A DNA stretch of 64,000 nt, taken from NCBI GenBank assembly GCA_963781585.1, contig CAWAGQ010000001.1, positions 1 through 64,000 of the forward strand, written 5' to 3'. This document shows, in pieces, positions 25,641 through 35,726 of this stretch. Source of the stretch: an uncultured Gemmatimonadaceae bacterium (GTDB lineage Bacteria; Gemmatimonadota; Gemmatimonadetes; Gemmatimonadales; Gemmatimonadaceae). A program made the position numbers and the translations under genes. The notes under the pieces are model-generated. The model was not told the DNA's origin. It searched no databases and saw only the letters and a program-made list of their open reading frames with translations. How positions within the stretch are numbered: position 1 is the stretch's first letter; every line of letters begins with the position of its first letter.

Positions 25641-28277
25641 GTGCCGGTCGGCCGGGCATTCGTGCGCGGATTGCGCGCGCTCTTCCTGCGGCCCGAGGTC
25701 GACCGCGAGGTCGCCGATGAAGTGGCGCACTACTTCGAGGAAGCCACGGACGCACACCAGGCGCGCGGACTGAGCGTGGCCGACGCGCGCCGGGCCGCCC
25801 GACTGGAATGCGGAAGCCCGGCGCTGATCAGCGAACAGGTGCGGGCGTCCGGGTGGGAAAGCGCCGTGGAGACGCTGCTGGCCGATTTGCGCCATGCGAC
25901 GCGGCGGCTGTTCGCCGCGCCGGGATTCACGGCGAGTGTTGTCCTCACGCTCGCGATCGGAGTCGGCGCGACCACGGTGATCTTCGGGGCGGCGAATCCG
26001 ATTCTGCTTCAACCACTGCCGTATCCGGCGTCGGACCGCATCACCATGATCTGGGAGGCGGCGCCCAACGGGTCGCGCGTGAACGGGACGTTCGGCACCT
26101 ATCGCGCCCTGGTGGAGCGTGCCCGCTCGTTCGACGCGGTCGCGGCCCTGAAGGCCTGGCAGCCCACGTTGACGGGACGGTCCGAACCCGAGCGTCTCGA
26201 CGGGCAGCGGGTGAGCGCGAGCTACTTTCGTGTTCTGGGTGTGCCACCGGCCCTGGGCCAGGACTTCCAGGCGGCCGACGACCACGGCGGCGGCGCGCGC
26301 ACGGTGATCCTGAGTGACGCGCTGTGGCGCCGGCGGTTCGGTGGCGACCGCGCGATCATTGGCCGATCCATCTCGCTCGACGACGATCCGTTCGTGGTAA
26401 TCGGCGTGATGCCCAGGGGGTTCGAAAACGTACTCGCCCCGTCGGCCGAGGCGTGGACCCTGTTGCAGTACGAACTGACCGATGGGCGAGCGTGGGGACA
26501 TCACCTGCAACTGGTCGGTCGCCTGCGTTCGGGCGTCTCGATCGCGCAGGCCCGGAGCGACCTCGACGGAATTGCACCGGAGCTGAAGCGATTGGCGGCG
26601 GGAGCGGACGGGTTCTTCCCTGGCGGTTTGGCGGTGGTCTCGTTGCACGACGACATCACACGAGGGGTACGATCATCGCTGTACGTGATCGCCGGCGCGG
26701 TCGCACTCGTGCTGGTGATGGCGTGCGTGAACGTGACGAACCTCCTGCTCGCCCGCGGCGCGCACCGGCGCGGGGAATTCGCGGTCCGCGCCGCCCTCGG
26801 TGCCACCAGCGGCAGACTCGTCAGGCAGATGCTGGTCGAGAGCCTGATGCTCGCGGCCCTGGGCGGCGCAGGCGGCCTGGCGGTGGCGCTCATCGGCGTC
26901 CGTGCACTGGTCAGGCTGAGCCCACCGGGGTTGCCGCGGGTGGACGCCATCGGCGTAAGCGTTCCGGTAGCGGTCTTCGCGCTCGCGATCACGAGCCTGA
27001 TCGGCCTCACGGTCGGCGCGATTCCCGCGCTGCAGGCGGCCCGGAGCGATCCGCACCGAGACCTGGAGGCCAACTCGCCGCGGGCTGCCGGTGGACATCG
27101 GCGCATACGGAGCGTGCTGGTGACGGCCGAAGTCGCTCTCGCGTTCGCGCTGCTGGTGAGCGCGGGGTTGCTGCTGCGGAGCATCGAGCGTCTGTTCGCG
27201 GTGGCGCCGGGTTTCGACTCGTCGCACCTGGTCACCATGCAGATACAGACATCGGGACACCGGTTCGACGCCGACACGACGACGTACCGCTTCTTTGCGC
27301 AGGCGCTGGAGCAGGTGCGGCGCGTGCCCGGTGTCGCGTCCGCGGCGCTCACGAGCCAACTGGCCCTGAGCGGCGAGATGGACGAGTACGGCGCACACTT
27401 CGAGGCGAGTCCGACCCGAGCGGCGGCCAGCTACAGCGTGTTCCGCTATTCGGTGAGCCCCGGGTACATCGAAACGATGCGCATTCCGCTGCGGCGCGGC
27501 CGGTCGATAGTCGAGGAAGATGGCGCCGCTGCGCCGCGCGTCGCCCTGATCAGCGAGGCCCTCGCCAGGCGCCGCTTTGCGGGGATGGATGCGATCGGGC
27601 AGCGGCTGCGGCTCGGGCCCATGCTCGGTGATCCGTACACGATCGTCGGCGTGGTCTCGGATGTGAAGCAGGTGTCACTGGCGTTGAGCGCGTCAGAGGC
27701 CGTCTACATCCCCGCCACCCAGTCGTGGTTCGCGGACAACGCCATGTCGCTGGTGGTGCGCTCCCCCGCCGATCCGGGCGCGCTGGCTCCGGCCATCCGG
27801 CGAGCCATCTGGTCGGTGGACCGGAATCAGCCGATCGTGCGCGTGGCGACGATGGAGGAACTGGTCGCGACATCCACGGCCCAGCGGCGGTTCGCGCTGA
27901 TGCTGTTCGAGGCGTTCGCGCTGGCGGCGCTGGTGCTCGCCGCGGCCGGCATCCACGGCGTGCTGGCGGGCAGCGTGGCCGAGCGAACGCGCGAGATCGG
28001 CGTCCGCTCGGCGTTAGGCGCGACACGAGGCAGGATCCTCGGCCTGGTGGTGCGGGAGGGGATGACGCTCACCGCATTGGGCGTCGCCGCGGGGGGGGCG
28101 GGCGCGGTCGTGGCCACCCGCGCCATCGCCTCGATGCTGTTCGGCACCTCACCGTTGGACCCGACGACCTACGTCGGTGTCGCCGCCATCCTGGCCGCGG
28201 TCGCGCTGGCGGCGTGCGCCGTGCCCGCGTCGCGCGCGGCACGCGTGGATCCGATCAGCGCGATGCGGGCGGAATAA
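25641..28277 (+). CDS. Duplicated orphan ABC permease (ADOP type)
   Basis: EVADEVAHYFE prefix, ACVNVTNLLLARG, RTREIGVRSALGA, PASRAARVDPISAMRAE. Confidence 0.93.
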   Translation: MPVGRAFVRGLRALFLRPEVDREVADEVAHYFEEATDAHQARGLSVADARRAARLECGSPALISEQVRASGWESAVETLLADLRHATRRLFAAPGFTASVVLTLAIGVGATTVIFGAANPILLQPLPYPASDRITMIWEAAPNGSRVNGTFGTYRALVERARSFDAVAALKAWQPTLTGRSEPERLDGQRVSASYFRVLGVPPALGQDFQAADDHGGGARTVILSDALWRRRFGGDRAIIGRSISLDDDPFVVIGVMPRGFENVLAPSAEAWTLLQYELTDGRAWGHHLQLVGRLRSGVSIAQARSDLDGIAPELKRLAAGADGFFPGGLAVVSLHDDITRGVRSSLYVIAGAVALVLVMACVNVTNLLLARGAHRRGEFAVRAALGATSGRLVRQMLVESLMLAALGGAGGLAVALIGVRALVRLSPPGLPRVDAIGVSVPVAVFALAITSLIGLTVGAIPALQAARSDPHRDLEANSPRAAGGHRRIRSVLVTAEVALAFALLVSAGLLLRSIERLFAVAPGFDSSHLVTMQIQTSGHRFDADTTTYRFFAQALEQVRRVPGVASAALTSQLALSGEMDEYGAHFEASPTRAAASYSVFRYSVSPGYIETMRIPLRRGRSIVEEDGAAAPRVALISEALARRRFAGMDAIGQRLRLGPMLGDPYTIVGVVSDVKQVSLALSASEAVYIPATQSWFADNAMSLVVRSPADPGALAPAIRRAIWSVDRNQPIVRVATMEELVATSTAQRRFALMLFEAFALAALVLAAAGIHGVLAGSVAERTREIGVRSALGATRGRILGLVVREGMTLTALGVAAGGAGAVVATRAIASMLFGTSPLDPTTYVGVAAILAAVALAACAVPASRAARVDPISAMRAE

Positions 28278-28496
28278 CTACCAACCCAGCCCGTTCTTGA
28301 AGTACGACTGCATCGTGCGCCGCATATCGGCGGAACATTCGGTGCGCTGAGCCGGCGTCATGATGCGAAACATGGCGCACTCAGGACCAAGACCGCAGTA
28401 GCACTCTGCTCCGAACAGCTTGAACCGTGATGACTTCCGCTTCGGCCGTGGCGTATCCGCCTGTGCGTCGATCGGGGTGCGTGAAATGTCTGGCAT
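28278..28496 (-). CDS. Small Cys-containing hypothetical protein (72 aa)
   Basis: GGGAGGA RBS before ATG 28496; MPDISRTP...ECYCGLGPECAMF...TECSADMRR...GLGW. Confidence 0.55.
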   Translation of the reverse strand: MPDISRTPIDAQADTPRPKRKSSRFKLFGAECYCGLGPECAMFRIMTPAQRTECSADMRRTMQSYFKNGLGW

Positions 28497-28878
28497 AAGT
28501 CGGTCCTCCCGATGGAGAATCCCGGACGCCGGCCGCGTCATACCGGTCTGTTCACGGCGCAAAGTCCGCCGCCGTGAATCGTCCAAATCAAGCCAATACT
28601 GACTGGTGCGCGGTGGTCGAATCGTCGTGGCACATTCGTGACTACCCCGACGGCGCGCCCACCTGTTCGAACGGTACCCCCCGATCCGGCCCCGACCATG
28701 GGGGTTCCGACGACTTCCCCTCAGGGATCTCCTGAGCGGCGCCCACGCCTTCCCTCCCCGGGTCATGTCGAGTAGCGTCATCGGGTATGGGTCGCGTTGT
28801 AACCGCCGCGACAGGTGCGTGACCCCAAACTGATTGCCCGCTCGCGACAGCGGATTCCGCCCACCCTCGAGGAATGCC

Positions 28879-29928
28879 ATGACCAAGTGCATTCTGGCCG
28901 CCACGGCCTTCGCCATCTCCCTGGCCGCGCCCCGCGCCGGCAGCGCCCAGACCTTCAAGGTCGACAAGTGGAACATCGGCGGCGAAGGCGGGACGGACTA
29001 CGTGAACGTCGAGCCCGGGACCGGCAGGGTGTTCGTCTCGCGCGGCACCCACGTCATGGTCGTCGACGGCAATACCGGCAAGGTGCTCGGTGACATTCCC
29101 GACACGCCGCGCATGCACGGGATCGGGCTTGCGCTGAAGGACAACCACGGCTTCACCACCAACGCCGGCGATTCCACGGTGACGATGTTCGATCTGAAGA
29201 CGCTGGCGGTCATCAGGAAGATCAAGGTCAAGGAGGGCGGTCTCGACGGCATCATGTACGACGACTACTCCGATCGGATTATTCTGACGAATCACAGTCG
29301 CCCGATCGGGACGGTGGTGGCGATCGACGCCAGGACCGGGGACGTTGTGGGCACCGTCGAACTGGAAGACAACGGACCGGAAGGCGCGGCCAGCGACGGG
29401 AAGGGGAAGCTCTTCGTCAACAACGAGGGAACGAGCACCATGCAGGTGATCGACGAGAAGACGATGAAGGCGATCGCTTCGTGGCCGCTGGCGCCGTGCG
29501 AGGGGCCCACCGGGATCGCCTACGATCGCGCCTCGAACCGGATCTTCTCGGGATGCAGCAACAACTCGGTGGTCGTGGACCCGACCGACGGCCACATCGT
29601 GGCCACGATCGCCAACGGCAATGGCGTCGACGCGTTAGGCTGGGATCCCGGGCAGAAGCTGATCTACATTCCCGCGGGGCGCAGCGGAAATGTCACGGTC
29701 GTGCACCAGGACTCCCCCGACAAATACACGGTCGTTGCCACCGTCGAGACCTTTCCCGGGGCCAAGACCATCACGGTCGATCCGGTGACGCACGCCGCGT
29801 ATCTGTTCCAGCCGGAGTACGGCCCGCCGCCGCCGCCCGCTCCGGGAGCGCCGGCGCCCAGCGGCCGCGGCGGCCGCGGCCCGCGCGGCCCCATGGTCGC
29901 AGCGTGGTTCATCAGGATCGTGCACTGA
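28879..29928 (+). CDS. YncE-like secreted beta-propeller protein
   Basis: Signal peptide; GGEGGTDY, RVFVSRGTHVMVVD, HGIGLA, PEGAASDGKGKLFVN, WPLAPCEGPTGIAYD. Confidence 0.85.
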   Translation: MTKCILAATAFAISLAAPRAGSAQTFKVDKWNIGGEGGTDYVNVEPGTGRVFVSRGTHVMVVDGNTGKVLGDIPDTPRMHGIGLALKDNHGFTTNAGDSTVTMFDLKTLAVIRKIKVKEGGLDGIMYDDYSDRIILTNHSRPIGTVVAIDARTGDVVGTVELEDNGPEGAASDGKGKLFVNNEGTSTMQVIDEKTMKAIASWPLAPCEGPTGIAYDRASNRIFSGCSNNSVVVDPTDGHIVATIANGNGVDALGWDPGQKLIYIPAGRSGNVTVVHQDSPDKYTVVATVETFPGAKTITVDPVTHAAYLFQPEYGPPPPPAPGAPAPSGRGGRGPRGPMVAAWFIRIVH

Positions 29929-29962
29929 GAAACACGGGCCAACGTTCGAGGCCAGCGGCGAT

Positions 29963-30018
29963 GGGCCAAGGGCATGGGCCAGAGGTCGCAGGCCAAAGGT
30001 CACAGGCCAAAGGTCAGA
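29963..30018 (+). repeat. Degenerate heptamer tandem array (GGCCAAA/GGTCACA)
   Basis: ggccaag ggcatg ggccaga ggtcgca ggccaaa ggtcaca ggccaaa ggtcaga. Confidence 0.75.
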
Positions 30019-30106
30019 GCTCTTGACGCGCTACCGCCTGGGACGGTCCCGCAGGAGTGCATCGTGGACCGTTCCGGGCCGCGGGCCGAAGCGGTAGGTT
30101 CCGGAC

Positions 30107-32428
30107 ATGTGGGCCGCGGTGCAGGCCGTTCCCGCCCTCGTTCTGTTCGCGCACGCGGCGCTCGTGGGCACCGTGCGATCGAGCGCAGATGGACGGCCGC
30201 TTCGTGATGCGGTCGTGGAGATTCCCACCGCCGGCCGGAGTGCTTCGAGCGACGCGGACGGCGCGTACGAGATTCGCGATCTGGAACCCGGTCGCTACGA
30301 CGTGCTCGTCAGTCGCACCGGATATCTCGCGCGCAGACTGGTGGTGGTTGTGCCGAGCGATGAATCTCTGCGCGTCGACATCGACCTCGAACCGGTCCCC
30401 CGCGCGCTGGCGCCGATGCGCGTGGTGGCGAATCCGTTCGACCGTACGCGGCGCCAATCGGGTGACTCGCCGTTCGCCGAGCTCGGCATCAGTTCTGTGG
30501 CGGCGAGCCGGACGCGTTCCGAAGGGAGCTGGCTCGGCCAGCCCGATCCGTTCGCGGCGCTCGCCGACGCGCCGGGCGTCGTGTTCGACCTCGAGCGTTC
30601 CGCCGGGTTGCACGTGCACGGTGGCGAGAGTGACCAGAACCTCGTGCTCCTCGACGATGCGCCAGTGCTCGCTCCGTATCACTTCGGCACGGCCGTCGGA
30701 ACGCTGAATCCGGATGCGCTGTCGGGGATCGCGCTGCACGCGGGGGTGCCCAGCGCAGCATGGGGTGACGCGCTGTCGAGTGTCGTTACCGCGCGCACCC
30801 TGACCCCCGGGACGGCGCGAGTGAACGCGCGTGGGGGGTTGAGTCCGGCCAGCGTCGACCTGACGCTCGACGGTCCGCTGACCCGACGACTGGGATTCCT
30901 GCTCAGCGTCAGACATGAATCGACCGCGCTGTTCACGAAGCCGCAGACCGATGCACAAGTGATCGGCGCGAACGGCGACCTGCTCGGCAAGGTCACGCTC
31001 GACACGAAGGGCAGGGTCGAGTTCCTGTTTCTGCGCAGCGACAACGCGCTGGGTTTTCAGGCGGAGGATCCATCCGATGCCGCGAGCGCGGCTGGTGGAG
31101 AGCAGACTTCGGCGGGCTCCTCCGACGCGGCGCCCGGTTCCCTCGCCTCGCACCGGTTCGACTGGCGCGGGTCGACCTGGTCAGCGCGGTGGGACGGGCA
31201 TCCGACCGGGTCGAGCGCGGCGAGCCTGCAGGTCTGGCGCGCTGACCTGCAGACCACGATCGACTGGCACGCCGCGGGGAGGCCCCTCGCCGTGTCGAGT
31301 GCGCGGTACGGGAGCGGTCTCAAGATCCGGCTGAGCCACTCGTTGCCGCTCGGGTCCCTGGCGGCGGGCGTGGATGCCGAGCGCGATCGGGTCCGATACG
31401 GTGTGCGTGATCCCGGGAGCGCGGGCGCCGCGGCCCTCGTGTCCGACTCGGCGCTGGGGCGGGTCGCCGGCTTTGTCGAGCACCGGTTTGACACCGGTCG
31501 CCTGGCGGTCAGCACCGGCTTTCGTGCCGCGTTAGGCACGCTGGGCGCCGCCGACCTCGAGCCGCGGCTCGCGGTGCGATACCGGCTGCACGACGGGATG
31601 GCGCTGGGCGCCGGCTTCTCGCGCTCGTACCAGCCGGTACAGACGCTGCGCAACGCCGCGTCGCTGGCCAGCGCGCTGTTCGCGGCGGACCTGCCGGTGA
31701 TCAGCGGAGAGGGCCGCCGGCGCGCCAGGGCCGATCAGGTGGTCGTCGAGCTGACGTCACGACCGGGCTCGCGGACGGAAGTCACGCTGGACGGATACTG
31801 GCGGTGGCTGCACGGGCTGGTGCTGGTGGAACCGGTCACCGCGCTCCCGTTCGCCGACCAGCGATACGATGTCGGGTCGGGTGAGGCGGGCGGGATGTCG
31901 CTGTCGTTCCAGCACCGCACCGCGCGCGCGGCCTTTGCCGCGACCTACACGCTGGGATTCTCCTCCCGTGGCGCCGCGCGCTACGAGTACCACGTGGGGT
32001 TCGACCCCCGGCATGCGCTGGTCACGTCGCTGGCCCTGAATGCGACGCCGAACACGCTGGTGCGTCTTGCGGCAGTGGCGCGCAGCCGGACGACCACGTC
32101 GATCGTGCGCGGACCCTTCGACTGGGAGTCGTGCGACCCGCTCGGCATCGGCTGCGAGGCTGCCGGTTCGCCGCAGCGAACCGTCGGACCGCTGGATGGG
32201 ACGGCGGTACCCGCGTTCGTCCGCCTCGACGCCGGGATCCGTCACACGTGGTCGTTCCGGATGGGGACGCGGGAGAGGCAGCTCACGGCATACGCGTCGT
32301 ACGCGAACCTCCTGGGGCGACACAACGTGTGGGCGTACACGTCGGCAGCGGGAGCGACCGACCCACTGGTGGGCCTGGCCGGGCGGCCGCCGTCGCTGCT
32401 CGCGGCCGGTCTCGAGTGGATCTGGTGA
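30107..32428 (+). CDS. TonB-dependent receptor
   Basis: Carboxypeptidase-regulatory-like N-terminus; plug LHVHGGESDQNLVLLDDAPV..PYHFG; barrel with LEPRLAVRY and RLDAG; terminal aromatic GLEWIW. Confidence 0.85.
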   Translation: MWAAVQAVPALVLFAHAALVGTVRSSADGRPLRDAVVEIPTAGRSASSDADGAYEIRDLEPGRYDVLVSRTGYLARRLVVVVPSDESLRVDIDLEPVPRALAPMRVVANPFDRTRRQSGDSPFAELGISSVAASRTRSEGSWLGQPDPFAALADAPGVVFDLERSAGLHVHGGESDQNLVLLDDAPVLAPYHFGTAVGTLNPDALSGIALHAGVPSAAWGDALSSVVTARTLTPGTARVNARGGLSPASVDLTLDGPLTRRLGFLLSVRHESTALFTKPQTDAQVIGANGDLLGKVTLDTKGRVEFLFLRSDNALGFQAEDPSDAASAAGGEQTSAGSSDAAPGSLASHRFDWRGSTWSARWDGHPTGSSAASLQVWRADLQTTIDWHAAGRPLAVSSARYGSGLKIRLSHSLPLGSLAAGVDAERDRVRYGVRDPGSAGAAALVSDSALGRVAGFVEHRFDTGRLAVSTGFRAALGTLGAADLEPRLAVRYRLHDGMALGAGFSRSYQPVQTLRNAASLASALFAADLPVISGEGRRRARADQVVVELTSRPGSRTEVTLDGYWRWLHGLVLVEPVTALPFADQRYDVGSGEAGGMSLSFQHRTARAAFAATYTLGFSSRGAARYEYHVGFDPRHALVTSLALNATPNTLVRLAAVARSRTTTSIVRGPFDWESCDPLGIGCEAAGSPQRTVGPLDGTAVPAFVRLDAGIRHTWSFRMGTRERQLTAYASYANLLGRHNVWAYTSAAGATDPLVGLAGRPPSLLAAGLEWIW

Positions 32429-32446
32429 ACCCCGACTGGCCTGTTC

Positions 32447-33109
32447 GTGTCGCCGGTGTCCACCGGCGGGGTGCTGTCACAAGGTCGGGGGTTCGCGCGC
32501 TCCATTGGCGTGACCACTGTCGGCGCAATTCCTCTTGAAGGCGTGGGCATCGGCGCTCGGACCGCCTCAAAGGGGTTGGACTCCTCCAGGACAAAGGAGT
32601 CCAACGCCTTTGAGGCGGTCTTCCGCGAGCGGTTCGACGAACTCCATGCATCGCTCTTCCGGTATCTCGATCGCCTGAGCGGCGACCCGGCTCTGGCCGC
32701 CGACATCGCGCAGGAGTCGCTGGTCCGCCTGTTCCAGCGCGGGCGCATGCCCGACGACCTGCGGGCGTGGCTGGTGACCGTGGCGCGCAATCGCCTGCGC
32801 ACCGCACGGCGCCTCGAGCGCCGCCGCGCGATCCTGCTCACGCTGCGTTTGGTGGTGGCGCCACCCGATCCACCTGCCCCCGCCGACCGGGCGGTCGACA
32901 TCGAGGAGCAGGGCGGAGCGGTTCGCGCGGCCCTGGCCTCCTTGCCCCCTCGTGACCGGGAGATGCTGGTGCTGCGTAGCGAGGGCTACAGCTACCGCGA
33001 GATCGGTCGGATCATGCACCTGCGGGAATCGAGCGTGGGAACGTTGCTGCGCCGTGCAAAGGTCCAGTTCGTCCAGGCGCTCGGAGCGGACACCGATGCC
33101 CATGCCTGA
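32447..33109 (+). CDS. ECF RNA polymerase sigma factor; true start probably downstream (about 32543-32576)
   Basis: Region 2 LFRYLDRLSGDPALAADIAQE...AWLVTVARN; region 4 LPPRDREMLVLRSEGYSYREIG...SVGTLLRRAK. Confidence 0.9.
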   Translation: MSPVSTGGVLSQGRGFARSIGVTTVGAIPLEGVGIGARTASKGLDSSRTKESNAFEAVFRERFDELHASLFRYLDRLSGDPALAADIAQESLVRLFQRGRMPDDLRAWLVTVARNRLRTARRLERRRAILLTLRLVVAPPDPPAPADRAVDIEEQGGAVRAALASLPPRDREMLVLRSEGYSYREIGRIMHLRESSVGTLLRRAKVQFVQALGADTDAHA

Positions 33110-33728
33110 CGAGTACCTCGAGCGAGCGGTGGACGACGCCCTGCGACGGCTCGATCACCACCGTCCGGACATCAGCGCCGACGCGGTCATGCGGCGCGCC
33201 GCGACACGCCGGCGCCGTGGCCCGCGCCTCGCGATCGCCGCGCTCGTCACCGTGGCGGGAGCCACCGCGGCACTGGCCATGCCGGGATCGCCCGTCACCC
33301 GGTGGATCCGCGGAGCCATCAGGGGCGAGCAGGCGCCTCGCGCCGCCGCGCCGGCGCCGGTACCGCAACCTGCGCTACGGGCGCACGCGTCCGCGATCAG
33401 CGTTGTGCCGGGGGCGGATTTCGCGCTCGAGTTCGAATCGTCGCAGGCCGCCGGCGCGATCCGGCTGCGGTTCGGCCCGCAGCCGGATCTCTCGGTGCAG
33501 GCGGAGGACGGCGATCCGCAGTACGCGGTGCAGCCGCGCGGGCTGACGGTGCGCAACCGCGGCCTGGTCGCCTCGTACCTGGTCACGGTGCCGAACGCCA
33601 TGCGGCGACTGCGGATCCGGGTCGGCGGCGCGACGGTGCTGGACCGGATCGGCGGCCGCATGACCCCCGCACTCACGCCGGACAGCGCGGGCGACTTCGT
33701 GCTCGCCCTTTCGGCACCGCGCCGGTGA
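33096..33728 (+). CDS. Putative single-TM anti-sigma factor
   Basis: Overlaps the sigma stop; short cytoplasmic N-terminus, one TM (LAIAALVTVAGATAALAMPGSP), beta-rich C-terminal domain. Confidence 0.6.
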   Translation: MPMPDEYLERAVDDALRRLDHHRPDISADAVMRRAATRRRRGPRLAIAALVTVAGATAALAMPGSPVTRWIRGAIRGEQAPRAAAPAPVPQPALRAHASAISVVPGADFALEFESSQAAGAIRLRFGPQPDLSVQAEDGDPQYAVQPRGLTVRNRGLVASYLVTVPNAMRRLRIRVGGATVLDRIGGRMTPALTPDSAGDFVLALSAPRR

Positions 33729-35068
33729 CGCCGCCCCGGCGCGGACGTGGCGTCGGCTACCTGCTCGCGGCGTCCGGCCTGGTCGGCGTGCCCGCCCTGT
33801 TCGCCGTTTCGCCGCTGCGCAATGCCGTTACGGGGGCGCCGGTCGCGGCGTCGCTCCACCTTCCCGCCGGCTATCTGCTGCTCGCGCCCCTGTCGGACCT
33901 GTTCGACGAGATATCCCTGCTCTCGGTCCGGCAGCATGTCGCGTTAGGCGTGACGATTCTGGTTGCGTATGTCGGGGTGCGCTGGTGGCGGCGACGCCGG
34001 GATCCTCGGCCGTCGGTGTGGGCCGAGCTGGGTGGAGGGGCGGCACTGGCGGCGCTGGTATTCGCGCTCTATGCGGGCGTGACCCGCGCACCGCGCCCGA
34101 TGGCGTCGCTGGCGGTGGACTCGGCCGAGCAGGTGGTGGTGGATTTTCACAGCCACACCAACGCGTCGCACGACGTGCGGCGAGATTTCACGCTGGCGCG
34201 AAATCGTGACTGGCACCGTGACGCGGGGTTCGACGTGGCGTTCGTTACCGACCACGTGGTGCCTAACGCGGACCGGCATCTGCCACCGCGGCTGGCGGCG
34301 CCGGCCGGCCGCCCGGTCGTGCTGTATGGCGCGGAACGTGCCTGCCACGGCTCCCACCTGCTCCTGCTCGGCGCGGGGGTACGGGGCGCCGCGCCGGACT
34401 GTGGCGATGCGGCGGAGCCGGAACTCGATGGGTGGGAGGAGGCCCCGGGGCCCTCGATCGCGCCCGTCACCATTCTCACCCTGCCGGACGGACAGCCGGC
34501 GCAAAGCGCCCGGCGGGGTGTGCAAGGCATGGAACTGGTGGATGCGGCGCCGCGCGGACTCAATCAGCTCGACCGGGACCGCCCAGCGATTCTCCAGGCC
34601 GCGGAGCGAAGCGGCCTTGTTCTCCTCGCCGGCTCCAACAATCACGGCTGGGGACGCACCGCGGCCGCGTGGAATGTCATGACGATCCCGGGCTGGCGGT
34701 CGATGTCGGCGGACGCGCTGGAATCCGAGATACTCACCCGGTTGGCTGCCCGGTCACCGGATGCAGTCGAGGTCATCCAACGCCGCCGCGTGGCGGCCGG
34801 TGGATCCGCGATCCAGCTTGGTCTGACCGTGCCTGCGCTGGCGACCAATACCCTCCTGACGATGTTGCCGGCCGAACGGGTGTCGTGGTTGTGTTGGATC
34901 TGGGCCGCCTTCGCTCTGCCGTGGCTCGTCAGGCAGGCGCGCCGGATGCTGACCCTGGTGGGCAGGCGCCAGGTCAGGCTGGTCGCGGGGTGGCGGCCCG
35001 TCGCGGACCGACGCCCGGTTCGGGGAACCGTGAGGCCGCCCGCGGCGGGACCTGGCGCGATCGGGTAG
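33725..35068 (+). CDS. Membrane-anchored PHP-domain (metal-dependent phosphoesterase-like) protein
   Basis: GTGA overlap; TMs at both ends; DFHSHTNASHD, FVTDH, GAE, GSNNHG motifs. Confidence 0.75.
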   Translation: MTPPRRGRGVGYLLAASGLVGVPALFAVSPLRNAVTGAPVAASLHLPAGYLLLAPLSDLFDEISLLSVRQHVALGVTILVAYVGVRWWRRRRDPRPSVWAELGGGAALAALVFALYAGVTRAPRPMASLAVDSAEQVVVDFHSHTNASHDVRRDFTLARNRDWHRDAGFDVAFVTDHVVPNADRHLPPRLAAPAGRPVVLYGAERACHGSHLLLLGAGVRGAAPDCGDAAEPELDGWEEAPGPSIAPVTILTLPDGQPAQSARRGVQGMELVDAAPRGLNQLDRDRPAILQAAERSGLVLLAGSNNHGWGRTAAAWNVMTIPGWRSMSADALESEILTRLAARSPDAVEVIQRRRVAAGGSAIQLGLTVPALATNTLLTMLPAERVSWLCWIWAAFALPWLVRQARRMLTLVGRRQVRLVAGWRPVADRRPVRGTVRPPAAGPGAIG

Positions 35069-35120
35069 TGCATCCCGATCGGCTGGGCTAACATGCGAAG
35101 TCATCCCACAGGAGGCTTCG

Positions 35121-35726
35121 ATGAACAGCCGTCAGGCCGCCGCTGCCGCATTCCTTGCGACAGGATTTGCCATTGTGTCCGCGATTCTTCTCTTTGTGGA
35201 ACCCGGCATGGGATTCTCGCAATTCGCGGACTACTTCGACCCAGCCAAAGTCGTCCCCAATCTGAATTCCACCCCGTGGCTCCTCGGTGACCTGCTGTAC
35301 CTTGGATTCGGCCTGGTCCTGACGTATCTCACCCTCGGCAGCGACGACCGCGTCCTTCGCGTGTCGGGCGCTGCTGCCGCCGTGTTGTTCTTCCTCATCG
35401 GCTGCATCGGCCGCATCCTGGCGCAGCTGCCGATCTTCATCAGCAGCGCCGATGCGCTGGACGTGGCGGTCCTGGGCGTGCTGGGGGTGCGGTTCGCCGT
35501 TCTCAAGACGACCGTCTTCGCGTTAGGCGTGTTTGCCTGGCGTACCACGGTGCCGGGCTCCGCCCTGGAGCGGGTCTCGCCGATCGGACGCGGCCTCGGC
35601 TACCTCGTCCTGGCCGCCAGCGCCGTGTTCGTGTTCATCTTCGTTCCGATTCCGCTGCTCATCATGGTATGGGCCGCGTGGCTGGCTGTGCAATTCGGGA
35701 GGATGCGCACGCCCGCGCCCGTCTGA
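35121..35726 (+). CDS. Hypothetical integral membrane protein
   Basis: About 6 hydrophobic helices; AGGAGG RBS. Confidence 0.7.
   Translation: MNSRQAAAAAFLATGFAIVSAILLFVEPGMGFSQFADYFDPAKVVPNLNSTPWLLGDLLYLGFGLVLTYLTLGSDDRVLRVSGAAAAVLFFLIGCIGRILAQLPIFISSADALDVAVLGVLGVRFAVLKTTVFALGVFAWRTTVPGSALERVSPIGRGLGYLVLAASAVFVFIFVPIPLLIMVWAAWLAVQFGRMRTPAPV

Noticed and set aside
28550..28580. c-di-GMP-I riboswitch suggested by GGCGCAAAG
   Set aside because: No GNRA-capped stem or GGCAAA element upstream, and the orientation does not fit the nearest downstream gene.
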